A stretch of DNA of 64,000 bases from Candidatus Babeliales bacterium (GCA_031972475.1 DALYEP010000001.1:325147-389146); one strand, 5' to 3'; shown: positions 1 to 9,597, counted from the stretch's first letter. Numbers and translations are program-made. The notes: generated by a model not told the origin, from the sequence alone.

Positions 1-108
1 CCTATAAAACTGAACATTGCACGAGGATCATATAACAAAACATTAGTATCAAGAACATACAGTTTTTTTGATGAGGGTATTAACATAGTTCCTCCTGAGC
101 GCAGTTAG
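1..108 (+). CDS. possible 3' end of a gene truncated by the window edge
   Basis: Frame 1 open from base 1 to TAG at 106-108 (PIKLNIARGSYNKTLVSRTYSFFDEGINIVPPERS); no recognisable motif. Confidence 0.35.
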   Translation, partial: PIKLNIARGSYNKTLVSRTYSFFDEGINIVPPERS

Positions 109-294
109 AATGTTAGATTATTAACAACAAAGCGAAGCTTATCATGTGTAATTAATGATAAACAACGCTCTAAATAAAATCTCTTTTTTTATATAATTTA
201 TACTCTGTAGTAACAGTGTATTTTTTTTACTTTCTGATAAAATGTAACAATAACGTTAGACAGTAAAATATCCGTATTTGATAAAGGACCAATT

Positions 295-2016
295 ATGAGC
301 GAAGACAAAAAAAATAATACTTCTTCATACACTTTAGAACAGCTACGTCACTCTGCTGCTCATCTTTTAGCGCAGGCTGTACTTGAATTGTTCCCTACAA
401 CACAATTAACAATTGGTCCAGCAACTACGGATGGTTTTTTTTATGATCTTCTTCCTACAGAAAATTTCAAACTTGAAGATTTGCCTTTAATAGAAAAAAA
501 AATGCATGAAATTGCAAAGCGAAACTTAAAAATCACTCATTTTCAAATGGCCAAAGATGAAGCTCTTCAACTTTTTAAAAACAATAAATTTAAACTCGAA
601 TTAATTAACAATATTCCTGATGAAACAGTCGGCATTGCACAACAAGGAGATTTTATTGACCTTTGTAAAGGAGGCCATGTTGATTCAACAAAACAAATCA
701 AATTTTTTAAACTGCATGCAATTTCTGGATCTTATTGGCGCGCAGATAAAAGTAACACGGCACTTCAGCGCATTCATGGAACTGCTTTTTTTACTAAAGA
801 AGACCTTGCTCTTTATGAGGAAAAAAAAGAAGCCGCAATTTTATATGATCATCGCAAACTAGGAAAGCAACTTGATTACTTTTCATTTCATGATGAAGGA
901 GTAGGCTTTCCATTCTTTCATCATAAAGGCAAAATTGTTTTAAATGCCCTACGTCATTTTATGAGATCAATTCTACAAGAAGCTCATTATTGTGAAATAG
1001 AAACTCCAACTATGCTTTCTGATGAACTATGGCGCTGCTCGGGGCATTATGAATTTTATAGAAACAATATGTATTTTTCTAATATTGATGAAAAAAATTA
1101 TGCTGTAAAACCTATGAACTGCCCAGGTTCAATTTTAATTTACAAAGAAAGACCACGTTCTTACAGAGAGCTTCCTTTAAGATTAATGGAATTTGGAAAA
1201 GTTCACAGACATGAACTTTCTGGAGTACTTCATGGACTTTTTAGAGTCAGAGCTTTTACCATTGACGACACTCATATCTATTGCACGCTCGAACAAATTG
1301 AAGAAGAAATTGTAAAAAACATCAGTATAATTAAAAAAGTTATGAATAAATGCGGCATTGATACTTTACAAATATTTCTTTCAACACGACCTGAAAAAGC
1401 TATGGGATCTGATGAGATGTGGGAAGCTGCTATTAATGGACTAAAAAACGCATTAAATAAAGCAGATTTATCTTACACTATAGCTGAAGGTGATGGAGCC
1501 TTTTATGGCCCTAAAATTGAATTTAAATTTACTGACTCAATGGATAGAGTATGGACATGTGGAACTATTCAACTAGACTTTTTCCAACCAGAAAATTTTA
1601 ATTTAAATTATGTATCATCTGATGGATCTCTACAACGTCCCGTCATTTTACATCAAGCCATTTACGGATCTCTTGAAAGATTTTTCGCCGTACTTCTTGA
1701 ACATTATAAAGGTCATTTACCTTTCTGGCTTTCGCCAATCCAAGCACGTATTATTCCTGTTTCTACTGAACAAAAAGATGCTGCTCAAGAATTATATGAA
1801 TCTTTAAAAACCCATCTAAGAGTTGAATTTATAGAATCTACCGATTCTCTTTCTTCTCAAATTAAAGATGCTCAAATCAATAAAATCCCTTGGATGCTTA
1901 TTGTTGGTAAAAAAGAAGTAGAAAACAAAACTATTACAATACGTTATGCAAATGGAAAACAAGAATTTGGAATAACAAAAGAAGATCTGATTAAACGCAT
2001 TAGAGAAATAAATTAA
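295..2016 (+). CDS. thrS: threonyl-tRNA synthetase (no N-terminal TGS domain)
   Basis: HSAAHLLAQAV and DLCKGGHV editing motifs, KPMNCP, HRHELSG.LHGLFRVR, GAFYGPKIE, HQAIYGSLERF; AAAGGA RBS. Confidence 0.98.
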   Translation: MSEDKKNNTSSYTLEQLRHSAAHLLAQAVLELFPTTQLTIGPATTDGFFYDLLPTENFKLEDLPLIEKKMHEIAKRNLKITHFQMAKDEALQLFKNNKFKLELINNIPDETVGIAQQGDFIDLCKGGHVDSTKQIKFFKLHAISGSYWRADKSNTALQRIHGTAFFTKEDLALYEEKKEAAILYDHRKLGKQLDYFSFHDEGVGFPFFHHKGKIVLNALRHFMRSILQEAHYCEIETPTMLSDELWRCSGHYEFYRNNMYFSNIDEKNYAVKPMNCPGSILIYKERPRSYRELPLRLMEFGKVHRHELSGVLHGLFRVRAFTIDDTHIYCTLEQIEEEIVKNISIIKKVMNKCGIDTLQIFLSTRPEKAMGSDEMWEAAINGLKNALNKADLSYTIAEGDGAFYGPKIEFKFTDSMDRVWTCGTIQLDFFQPENFNLNYVSSDGSLQRPVILHQAIYGSLERFFAVLLEHYKGHLPFWLSPIQARIIPVSTEQKDAAQELYESLKTHLRVEFIESTDSLSSQIKDAQINKIPWMLIVGKKEVENKTITIRYANGKQEFGITKEDLIKRIREIN

Positions 2017-2071
2017 ATATTTTTTTGTTTTTTATTTTTGCATTTTTTTTGTATGAAATGTCGAAATATTA

Positions 2072-2101
2072 TTGACTTTGTTTTTATCAAACTTGTACTA
2101 T
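2072..2101 (+). promoter_or_regulatory. sigma70-type promoter for histone-like gene
   Basis: TTGACT-18 nt-TACTAT upstream of the 2167 ATG. Confidence 0.55.
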
Positions 2102-2166
2102 TAATCTTGTAACCATCAGTGAAGTACAGAAGGAAATAAAAAATCACTCCAAAAAAGGGAGAGAAC

Positions 2167-2469
2167 ATGACAACAAAGAAAACTGCAAAACGCAAAGCTG
2201 CTCCAAAACGCAAAGTTGCGAAAAAAGCTGTAAAAAGAACAGCTAAAAAAAGAGTAGCAAAACGTAAGGCTGCTCCAAAACGCAGAGTTGCGAAAAAAGC
2301 TGTAAAAAGAACAGCTAAAAAAAGAGTAGCAAAACGTAAGGCTGCTCCAAAACGCAAAGCTGCTGCAAAGCGTAAAGCTGCTCCAAAGCGTAAAGCTGCT
2401 CCAAAACGCAGAGTTGCGAAAAAAGCTGTAAAAGCTGCACATACAGCACATACAGAATCAGCTAAATAA
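2167..2469 (+). CDS. histone H1-like / Hc2-like basic nucleoid protein
   Basis: 100 aa, almost entirely K/R/A/P/V/T repeats (KRKAAP, AKKAVKRTAKKRV); strong AAGGGAG RBS, own promoter and terminator. Confidence 0.9.
   Translation: MTTKKTAKRKAAPKRKVAKKAVKRTAKKRVAKRKAAPKRRVAKKAVKRTAKKRVAKRKAAPKRKAAAKRKAAPKRKAAPKRRVAKKAVKAAHTAHTESAK
2186..2356 (+). repeat. 72-bp tandem coding repeat (about 2.4 copies) followed by 18-bp KRKAAP repeats
   Basis: gcaaaacg(c/t)aa(a/g)gctgctccaaaacgca(a/g)agttgcgaaaaaagctgtaaaaagaacagctaaaaaaagagta recurs with period 72. Confidence 0.9.
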
Positions 2470-2470
2470 G

Positions 2471-2505
2471 AAAAAAATCACCCGCTTCCTGCGGGTGATT
2501 TTTTT
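2471..2505. terminator. bidirectional intrinsic terminator
   Basis: aaaaaaatcacccgc-ttcct-gcgggtgattttttt between convergent genes. Confidence 0.9.
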
Positions 2506-2593
2506 ACATCTATTATTTCTTTTATTTTAAAATTTAAAAAAACTAAAAGAATAAATATCTTAATTAAAACATTCATTTTCATTACAAAAAAAA

Positions 2594-3313
2594 CTACTCT
2601 CTATTTTTATAACCTATATAAGACATTAAAATTCCTGCTGCTACTGATGCATTATAAGAAACTTCAGAACTTTTTTGAGGTAAAGTAATAATGGTTCCAG
2701 CGCGTAAAGTTGCATTAGAAACACCATTTCCTTCACTTCCTATTACTAAACAAAGAGGTTTTTTATATTCTATTGTAAAAGCATTGGCCTCTTTACTTAA
2801 TGCAGCAACATAAAGATTATAACCTGCCTTTTTAAGCTCAATCAATACGCTTTCTATTGAAGAAGCTTCATAAATTTCCATTCGTTCTGCAAGGCCTGCT
2901 GATGCTTTAAGAGCTGTAGCTGTAATTGTAGCTGATTTTTTCTTACATAAAATAACCCCATCAACACCTGTGCAATATGCTGAACGAATAATTGCACCAA
3001 GGTTTCTAACATCTTGAATACCATCAAGAAGTAATAAAAAAGGGCTTGTAGAACTATCAAAAAATTTTTTTCTAAAAGTAAAAGGTTGAACCCTTGCACC
3101 TATACCCTGATGATCAACGGTTCCTAGCGTATGAGTTAATTTTTCACGCTTCATCTTATGAATAATAATAGGATTTTTTGGCAAAAAAGATTGGATTTTT
3201 TTAAATGTTGCATGATCAGATTCCAAAATAAAAAGTTCAAAAACTTTTCTTCTTTTTTGCTCTAAAACCTCAAAAACTGCGTGAGTACCGTAAATTAACT
3301 CTGTTTCAGCCAT
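2594..3313 (-). CDS. rlmB: TrmH/SpoU family 23S rRNA 2'-O-methyltransferase RlmB
   Basis: IYGTHAV, HQGI, LDGIQDVRNLGAIIRSA, LVIGSEGNG, SYNASVAAGI; start reassigned to ATG 3313. Confidence 0.92.
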   Translation of the reverse strand: MAETELIYGTHAVFEVLEQKRRKVFELFILESDHATFKKIQSFLPKNPIIIHKMKREKLTHTLGTVDHQGIGARVQPFTFRKKFFDSSTSPFLLLLDGIQDVRNLGAIIRSAYCTGVDGVILCKKKSATITATALKASAGLAERMEIYEASSIESVLIELKKAGYNLYVAALSKEANAFTIEYKKPLCLVIGSEGNGVSNATLRAGTIITLPQKSSEVSYNASVAAGILMSYIGYKNRE

Positions 3314-3423
3314 TTTTTTTATATTTTTAATCATTTTATAATCTTTCACTAGATAAACATCGAATCTATAGCATATCACAATTCTTTACTATGGGCTCTC
3401 TCCCAAAACCAATTGCTTTCTGT

Positions 3424-3452
3424 TTGACATTCCTATTGGCCTATAGCAAAAT
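3424..3452 (+). promoter_or_regulatory. sigma70-type promoter
   Basis: TTGACA-17 nt-CAAAAT upstream of the 3503 ATG. Confidence 0.55.
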
Positions 3453-3502
3453 GACTAAATTAAAAAAGTGTATAAAAATAATTTAAATAAAAGGATTTTT
3501 TT

Positions 3503-4027
3503 ATGAAGAATAATTTGCAAATCGGCCTACTCTTAAGCTTATTTACTCTATTTTCCAATCAAACACTTATTTCTCAAGAAAGTATTTTAGAAGAAAAACA
3601 AATCGATTCTATTGTAGATAATGACCAAGAAAATAATGATGATTTTATTGATAATGATGATCAAAATTATACAACAGAAAAAGAATCAATTGGTCATTTT
3701 ATTAGTTTTTATATCGACCCTTCAATCATAAAAGATGACAATATTTCGATTGTAACAGAAAAAAATCAGTTTTATTTCAAAATAAAATTAGAAAATAATA
3801 ATGTTATTATTTTTGGAAAAATAGAAGAAGAATCTCTAACGCTTTATCATATAACTATCCCAAACAACAGCTCACTTGAAGAAATGCTTTCAGCATTTGA
3901 TACCGCAGAAAAAGCATTCTTACCTCTTGATGATGAAATAGATTGTGAAAAAATAGAAGCTAGCATAAATAAAGAAACTGGAGAGCTTATACTCTTTTTA
4001 CCATTTTTAGATCGCGATAATAATTAA
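3503..4027 (+). CDS. signal-peptide-bearing acidic protein with Hsp20/alpha-crystallin-like C-terminus
   Basis: N-terminal MKNNLQIGLLLSLFTLFS; C-terminal LPLDDEIDCEKIEASINKETGELILFLP resembles the sHSP consensus LP..VD.EKI.A...NG.L.I.LP. Confidence 0.55.
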   Translation: MKNNLQIGLLLSLFTLFSNQTLISQESILEEKQIDSIVDNDQENNDDFIDNDDQNYTTEKESIGHFISFYIDPSIIKDDNISIVTEKNQFYFKIKLENNNVIIFGKIEEESLTLYHITIPNNSSLEEMLSAFDTAEKAFLPLDDEIDCEKIEASINKETGELILFLPFLDRDNN

Positions 4028-4048
4028 ATATAAAATCATTTCTAAATC

Positions 4049-4077
4049 AAACGGGGTGCTCACGAGTACCCCGTTTT
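4049..4077 (+). terminator. intrinsic terminator
   Basis: aaacggggtgct-cacg-agtaccccgtttt. Confidence 0.85.
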
Positions 4078-4146
4078 CATTGAATTCAATATAAAATTGC
4101 TTATACTTGTATTTTCATATTTTACTAAAAAGTATCAAGGATTAAA

Positions 4147-4860
4147 ATGTATATACTAGAAGGCAATATTGGCGCTGGAAAATCAACTCTCCTCAATCTT
4201 ATAAAAACATACATGCCTTATATTGAAGTTATACAAGAACCTGTTACTACATGGTCAGATACATCTACGGAACATTCACTATTAGCTCAATTTTGCGCAG
4301 ATATGCCTCGATGGTCATACTCTATGGAAACATACACTATGTTTTGCCGCATACAAGAACATTTACGAATTCAAAAAAATCAAAATCCTTTTAAATTAGT
4401 TGAGCGCTCTCTTTATTCTGGTAACTATTGCTTTGCAAAAAACGGCTATCTTCAGTCATTTATGAGCGATATAGAATGGAATATATATACTGAATGGTTT
4501 AATTTTTTAGTTTTACAAAAATGCCAACCACCTCTTGGTTTTATCTATCTTCAAACAGACCCAGAAATTTGTTTTGAACGAACCGCTAAAAGAAATAGAC
4601 TTGGAGAAGAACATATTTCAATTGAATATTTTAAACAAATTCATAATCGCCATGAACAATTTTTAATTCATAAACAAGGTGTACTTAATCAACTAAAAGA
4701 CGTTCCCGTTCTTGTTATTGATGGATCAATTGATTTTGAATCTAACAAACAACATTTAAAAGATTGCCTTGATCAAATTGATGAATTTCTATTTTTCACA
4801 GGAGATTCTAAAGGCCTTAAACGAAAACATGATGGTATTAATCATACAAAATGTTGTTAA
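4147..4860 (+). CDS. deoxynucleoside kinase (dCK/dGK/TK2 family)
   Basis: ILEGNIGAGKST P-loop, EPV..W, ERS, YLQTDPEICFERTAKRNR..EE lid. Confidence 0.92.
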   Translation: MYILEGNIGAGKSTLLNLIKTYMPYIEVIQEPVTTWSDTSTEHSLLAQFCADMPRWSYSMETYTMFCRIQEHLRIQKNQNPFKLVERSLYSGNYCFAKNGYLQSFMSDIEWNIYTEWFNFLVLQKCQPPLGFIYLQTDPEICFERTAKRNRLGEEHISIEYFKQIHNRHEQFLIHKQGVLNQLKDVPVLVIDGSIDFESNKQHLKDCLDQIDEFLFFTGDSKGLKRKHDGINHTKCC

Positions 4861-4876
4861 TATAAAATAAAAAAGT

Positions 4877-6061
4877 TTAACCAATCACATATACTCTATG
4901 TTTTCCTACCTTTATAGTCATACCTGATCTCCATGTAACTTCATATTTAAAGTCAGAAATTATGTGAGAATCTAGCGATACAGAACCATTTTCGATAAGA
5001 CGTTTTGCTTCTGATGAACTGGAAATTGCACCCAATATTTTAAGAAAATCAACAATCCACAAAGTTTCAGATGTTCCAATAGGAAGATGAATAGTTTGAG
5101 CTTTTGAAAGATCCTTTTTTTGAAAAACATCTTCAAATGTTTTTTTTGCATCTTCTGCCTCTTTAGAAGACCAAAATTCAGCAACAATACCTTGCGCCAT
5201 ATCTTTTTTAAGAGCCATAGGATGAATTATAGAATTATATACACCTTCTTTTAATTCTTGAATTTTAGCATCTGAATAGCCAAGAAGTAACTTATAATAA
5301 CGCCACATTAAAGCATCTGATATTGACATTAATTTACCAAATGCTTGCTCTGCAGTTTCTGCCAAACCAACATAATTACCTAAAGATTTTGACATCTTTT
5401 CTACACCATCAAGTCCCTCAAGAAGAGGCATTGTCATAATAACTTGAGCATCTTGTTTATATTGTTCTTGCAAAAATCTACCCATCAACAAATTAAATGT
5501 TTGATCAGTTCCTCCAAGCTCAACATCTGCTTTTAAAGCAACAGAATCATACCCCTGCATAATTGGATACATTAATTCATGAAACCCAATAGGAACATTA
5601 AGAGAAAGCCTTTTTGCAAAATCTTCTCGTTCAATAATTCGCGCTAAAGTTACTTGAGCACCTAGTTTTAAAACATCACTAAAAGTGAGCTTATCTAACC
5701 ATTCAGAATTATAACGAATAATAACTTTATCTTTATCAAGAATACGAGTTACTTGTTGAAAATAAGTTTGTGTATTTTTTTCAATATCTTCTTGGCTAAG
5801 AGGAGGCCGTGTTTTTGATTTTCCAGAAGGATCTCCTATCCGAGCTGTACAATCACCTATAAGAAAAACTATAACATGTCCCGCATTTTGAAAATCACGC
5901 ATCTTACGAAGTACAACAGCATGACCTAAATGCAAATCAGGAGCTGTAGGATCCATGCCTAATTTTATAATTAATTTTTTATCCGATGCTAATTTCTTTT
6001 GAAGTCCTCCTTCAGGAAGACAAGAAACAGAGCCATTTAATAATTTTTCTAAAGTTGTCAT
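4877..6061 (-). CDS. tyrS: tyrosyl-tRNA synthetase
   Basis: GMDPTAPDLHLGH, IGDPSGK, YPIMQGYD, GGTDQTFN, KMSKS, C-terminal S4 domain; ATG at 6061 overlaps upstream TAA. Confidence 0.97.
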   Translation of the reverse strand: MTTLEKLLNGSVSCLPEGGLQKKLASDKKLIIKLGMDPTAPDLHLGHAVVLRKMRDFQNAGHVIVFLIGDCTARIGDPSGKSKTRPPLSQEDIEKNTQTYFQQVTRILDKDKVIIRYNSEWLDKLTFSDVLKLGAQVTLARIIEREDFAKRLSLNVPIGFHELMYPIMQGYDSVALKADVELGGTDQTFNLLMGRFLQEQYKQDAQVIMTMPLLEGLDGVEKMSKSLGNYVGLAETAEQAFGKLMSISDALMWRYYKLLLGYSDAKIQELKEGVYNSIIHPMALKKDMAQGIVAEFWSSKEAEDAKKTFEDVFQKKDLSKAQTIHLPIGTSETLWIVDFLKILGAISSSSEAKRLIENGSVSLDSHIISDFKYEVTWRSGMTIKVGKHRVYVIG

Positions 6062-6777
6062 TACACAATTCCAATTCCATATGATATTACAGTTGATACA
6101 AATAAAATAATATTCAAAATGCCGACATAAATAATCGATTGAAAAAATAATAAAAGAAAAAGTGGAGCAAAAAGCAATATCCAATCAGCGTATCCTGGAA
6201 AATTATTTTTTGATAAAAAATAAGAAAGAAAAACCATATAAAAAAAATTTATAATCATACTAAATGCAGCAAGCATACTATTAAAAATAGCAAATCTTAC
6301 TAAAAAAAGACCAACCACAATAGAAAATGAAGAAGTTGCTTCTACAGGAGAATAATGAGAGGCTAATTCAAAAATTCCAAAATTCATGAATAAAGAAATT
6401 GGATTTTGCCTGAAAATAACAACACACGTCAAAAGAGAAATAAGTGCAAAAAAAATACCCAATATCACATCAGAAAAATAAGCTATACAAAGTTTAAGCT
6501 TTCTCCATTTACCAGTAATAGCATTTGGATTGATAGGAATATATTGACCAAATCCAAAAGGAATATCCGGTATTACAAGTAAAATACAAATCCAAAAAAA
6601 ACTAATATGTGTTATTGGATTGATAGATGAAAAACCTAATTGCTCTCCAGTATCATCTCCCATTTTACTATTTACCCATGACCTAAAAGCACCAAGTAAT
6701 GGAATCGACAAAAAATAACTCATTAAAATAAGAATTTTTTGAACAAGAAAACCTGCATTTTGCAAACTTAAAATCAT
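6061..6777 (-). CDS. multi-TM protein, degenerate site-2 protease (M50)-like
   Basis: GAFRSWVNSKMGDDTGEQLGFSSINPITHI matches the M50 HE.AHAWVA..LGD.TA...GRL.LNP..HID segment but lacks HExxH; GAGG RBS before ATG 6777. Confidence 0.6.
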   Translation of the reverse strand: MILSLQNAGFLVQKILILMSYFLSIPLLGAFRSWVNSKMGDDTGEQLGFSSINPITHISFFWICILLVIPDIPFGFGQYIPINPNAITGKWRKLKLCIAYFSDVILGIFFALISLLTCVVIFRQNPISLFMNFGIFELASHYSPVEATSSFSIVVGLFLVRFAIFNSMLAAFSMIINFFYMVFLSYFLSKNNFPGYADWILLFAPLFLLLFFQSIIYVGILNIILFVSTVISYGIGIV

Positions 6778-6938
6778 GCTAAAAGCCTCTCTATAAACAT
6801 TAATAATGCACAAAATAAGTCTAAGCAGATCTATAGAAAGGTCAAACTCTATTCAATTTAAAGCTCAATATTCCTATAGACAAAGTTTTCATACATCATA
6901 GAATTGCAAAGCAATAAAATATAAAAAAAGGAAAGTTT

Positions 6939-9080
6939 ATGAATTTTCAAATTAAATCAACTTTTTTAGATATAATTACATATATTGTCACTCCAATTAT
7001 TTTAATAATAACAACTTTTGCAACATATTACCCTTCACTTTTTTATGATTTTCAATTTGATGACATCGCAAATATTAAAAAATTTTTTGCGCTCAGAACT
7101 CATTCTTTTTGGAATTTTGCATTTAAAGGATCTCGCTGGATTAGTTATTGGCTTAATACAATAAATTATTCTTTAGGAAAATTTGACCCATTTTATTACC
7201 GACTTGGCAATGTTATTTTTCATATAATTACAGGTGTTTTAATTTTTTTTGTAACAATAAAACTCCTAGAGCAAACCAAAAAAGAAAGTTTCTATTTTAA
7301 AAACTCTTTCACGATTGCAACAATTACTACCATATTATTCTTGCTTCATCCTGTACAAACACAAACTGTTTCATATGTAATACAGGGTCAACTTGAAGGA
7401 CTTGCTGGCCTTTTTATTATGGCTATTGTTTTATCTTTTATTTTTATGGCTACAACAAAAAATAAGATGATTTCTTATTTTCTTAAAATATTCATTTGTA
7501 TATTAGGATACATTTCATGCGGCACCAAAGAAATTGCCATACTCTCACCATTTATGCTTTTACTTATTGATTGGTTTTTTATAGGTCAAGGCGATATAAA
7601 AAAAATAAAAAAACGCATACCTTTTTATCTTATTTTCACAAGTATACTTATTGCTCAATATCTTTATGTTTTAAAACCTCATATTTTTAAAAACTACCTA
7701 ATTGGGGATATACAGCTTAATAATAATGTTGGTAATGTTATAACCCAAGTTGCTGGAGAAAAAATAACTCGATGGAACTACTTTATTTCTCAATTTAAAG
7801 TTATCGTTCACTATTTATGGATTTTTATATGGCCATACAACATAAGTGTTGATTATGACTGGAAAATGGTTTCTGGGTTTTTTGATCAAGAAACATTACT
7901 ACCTCTTATTTTTTTATTATTAATAGCATTTTTAATACTCAAGCGATTAAAAAAAAATAAAATTGATCCACTTATGTTTGGCCTTATATGGTTTTTTATA
8001 GGCCTCTCTCCTCGCTCTTCTTTTATACCATCAACAGAACTTGTTGCCGACTATAAAACATATTTCAGCTCTTTTGGACTCTTTTTATTTTTTGCAATCA
8101 TAATGAGCATTACGTATCAATGGATATCTAAAAAAGTTCCTCTTTCAAAAAAACAATCACTCATATTTGGCTGTATATTATTTATAGGAGGATCATTATT
8201 TTTAAGCTACTCTACTTACACACGAAACAAAGTATGGAGATCTCAACAAGAATTTTGGATTGATATCATAAAAAATGCGCCTAAAAAAGCTCGCGGATAT
8301 AATAATTATGCAGTAGCTATCGCAGAAGAAGGTCAATTTGAAAAAGCTATTCCTTATTTTAGAAAAGCAATAAAGATGGATCCTTTTTATCCTGATCCAT
8401 GGAGTAATATTGCAGTTTGTTTTAGTACAATAAATCAAGTAGATATGGCTATTAATCAACTTGAAAAAGCTATTCAAATAAATCCTTACTATCCTGAATT
8501 TTACAACAACCTTGCATCATTTTATTTAACTAAAAAAAATTATCCTGAAGTAGAAAAACTTATTGCTTATGCAATAAAATTACGTCCACATTATGGAAAA
8601 GCTTATTTTAATTTAGGACAATGTTTATATGAACAAGGAAAAAAAGAAGAAGCTTTTGAAAAAATCAAAACAGCTTGCCTTAAAGCTGACTTTGATACCT
8701 TAGAATGCTTTACTGCTTATGCACAACTTGCTTTAGAGCTACAAAAATTTAATGATGCAGTAGTTGGTTATGAACATATATACGCACTTGCACCCCATAA
8801 CCCTGATAATCATTTTAATCTCGCAAATGCTTATTATTGCTCAAAAGAATATCAAAAAGCAAAAGACCTTTACATAAAACTTATTGCTCAAAATAAAGAG
8901 GAATATCGCTCATGGTTCAACCTAGCAGAAACATATTTAGAATTAGGAGAAAATGAAGAAGCTCTAAAATGCTTTAAAATGGCAGAACCCATCGCATCTT
9001 CATTTCCACATCTTGGAACAAGAATTGCACAATTTACTAACCCTCAACAAAATGCACATACCACTAAAAAGGTTGCCTAG
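6939..9080 (+). CDS. TMTC-like GT-C membrane glycosyltransferase with C-terminal TPR repeats
   Basis: FQFDD..NI loop, YYRLGNVIFH, LHPVQTQTVSYV, WPYNISVDY, RNKVWRS, multiple TPRs (YNNYA, WSNIA, YFNLG, HFNLA). Confidence 0.8.
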   Translation: MNFQIKSTFLDIITYIVTPIILIITTFATYYPSLFYDFQFDDIANIKKFFALRTHSFWNFAFKGSRWISYWLNTINYSLGKFDPFYYRLGNVIFHIITGVLIFFVTIKLLEQTKKESFYFKNSFTIATITTILFLLHPVQTQTVSYVIQGQLEGLAGLFIMAIVLSFIFMATTKNKMISYFLKIFICILGYISCGTKEIAILSPFMLLLIDWFFIGQGDIKKIKKRIPFYLIFTSILIAQYLYVLKPHIFKNYLIGDIQLNNNVGNVITQVAGEKITRWNYFISQFKVIVHYLWIFIWPYNISVDYDWKMVSGFFDQETLLPLIFLLLIAFLILKRLKKNKIDPLMFGLIWFFIGLSPRSSFIPSTELVADYKTYFSSFGLFLFFAIIMSITYQWISKKVPLSKKQSLIFGCILFIGGSLFLSYSTYTRNKVWRSQQEFWIDIIKNAPKKARGYNNYAVAIAEEGQFEKAIPYFRKAIKMDPFYPDPWSNIAVCFSTINQVDMAINQLEKAIQINPYYPEFYNNLASFYLTKKNYPEVEKLIAYAIKLRPHYGKAYFNLGQCLYEQGKKEEAFEKIKTACLKADFDTLECFTAYAQLALELQKFNDAVVGYEHIYALAPHNPDNHFNLANAYYCSKEYQKAKDLYIKLIAQNKEEYRSWFNLAETYLELGENEEALKCFKMAEPIASSFPHLGTRIAQFTNPQQNAHTTKKVA

Positions 9081-9189
9081 GGATATTACAAAAAGTAATA
9101 TATTTTATAAAATTATTCATATCAACTGCTCATATAAGATATTTTAATTATAAGCAAAAAATTAAAATATCTTGTTAAAGGGATACTTT

Positions 9190-9456
9190 ATGAATAAAAA
9201 AAATATTTTAATAATAATTTTTATATCTATTTTATCAAAAATCATAGAAGCACAAGAAAAACCATCTCAAGGCCTATCATATGCAGCAATAGTAGCATTG
9301 TACGATCAAGCACATGATCGTTTTTTGCACAATCTACCTCATGCAAAAGAAGATCTTGATTCTGCTATAAAAATGAAATGGGAATTTATGAAAAAGCATG
9401 CAAATGATGAATTTTCAAATCTTAAAACTGAAAGTAACTCTAATGACTCAGAATAA
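9190..9456 (+). CDS. small secreted hypothetical protein
   Basis: AAAGGGA RBS, MNKKNILIIIFISILSKIIEA signal-peptide-like N-terminus. Confidence 0.7.
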   Translation: MNKKNILIIIFISILSKIIEAQEKPSQGLSYAAIVALYDQAHDRFLHNLPHAKEDLDSAIKMKWEFMKKHANDEFSNLKTESNSNDSE

Positions 9457-9597
9457 AAATTAATTAACTGATGTTTGATTATAAAAACTAATTTTAAAAT
9501 TAGTTCAAAACATTGCTTGTAAAAAATAGAAAAATTGTTTTTAATAAGTAATTATTACTGAAATTTTTAATAAATTTACAAAGAAACGAGGGAATTT

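Noticed and set aside
108-294. T-box or riboswitch leader upstream of thrS
   Set aside because: No T-box consensus (UGGNACC) or antiterminator seen
2013-2451. Minus-strand ORFs 2013-2357 and 2116-2451 with repetitive products
   Set aside because: Antisense shadows of the repetitive histone-like gene, which has the promoter, RBS and terminator
6062-6184. Extended starts in the ORF track (tyrS 6184; similarly der 53251, rlmB 3379, ftsH 41044, suhB 37407)
   Set aside because: Extensions overlap upstream genes or lack RBS; family homology starts at downstream ATGs
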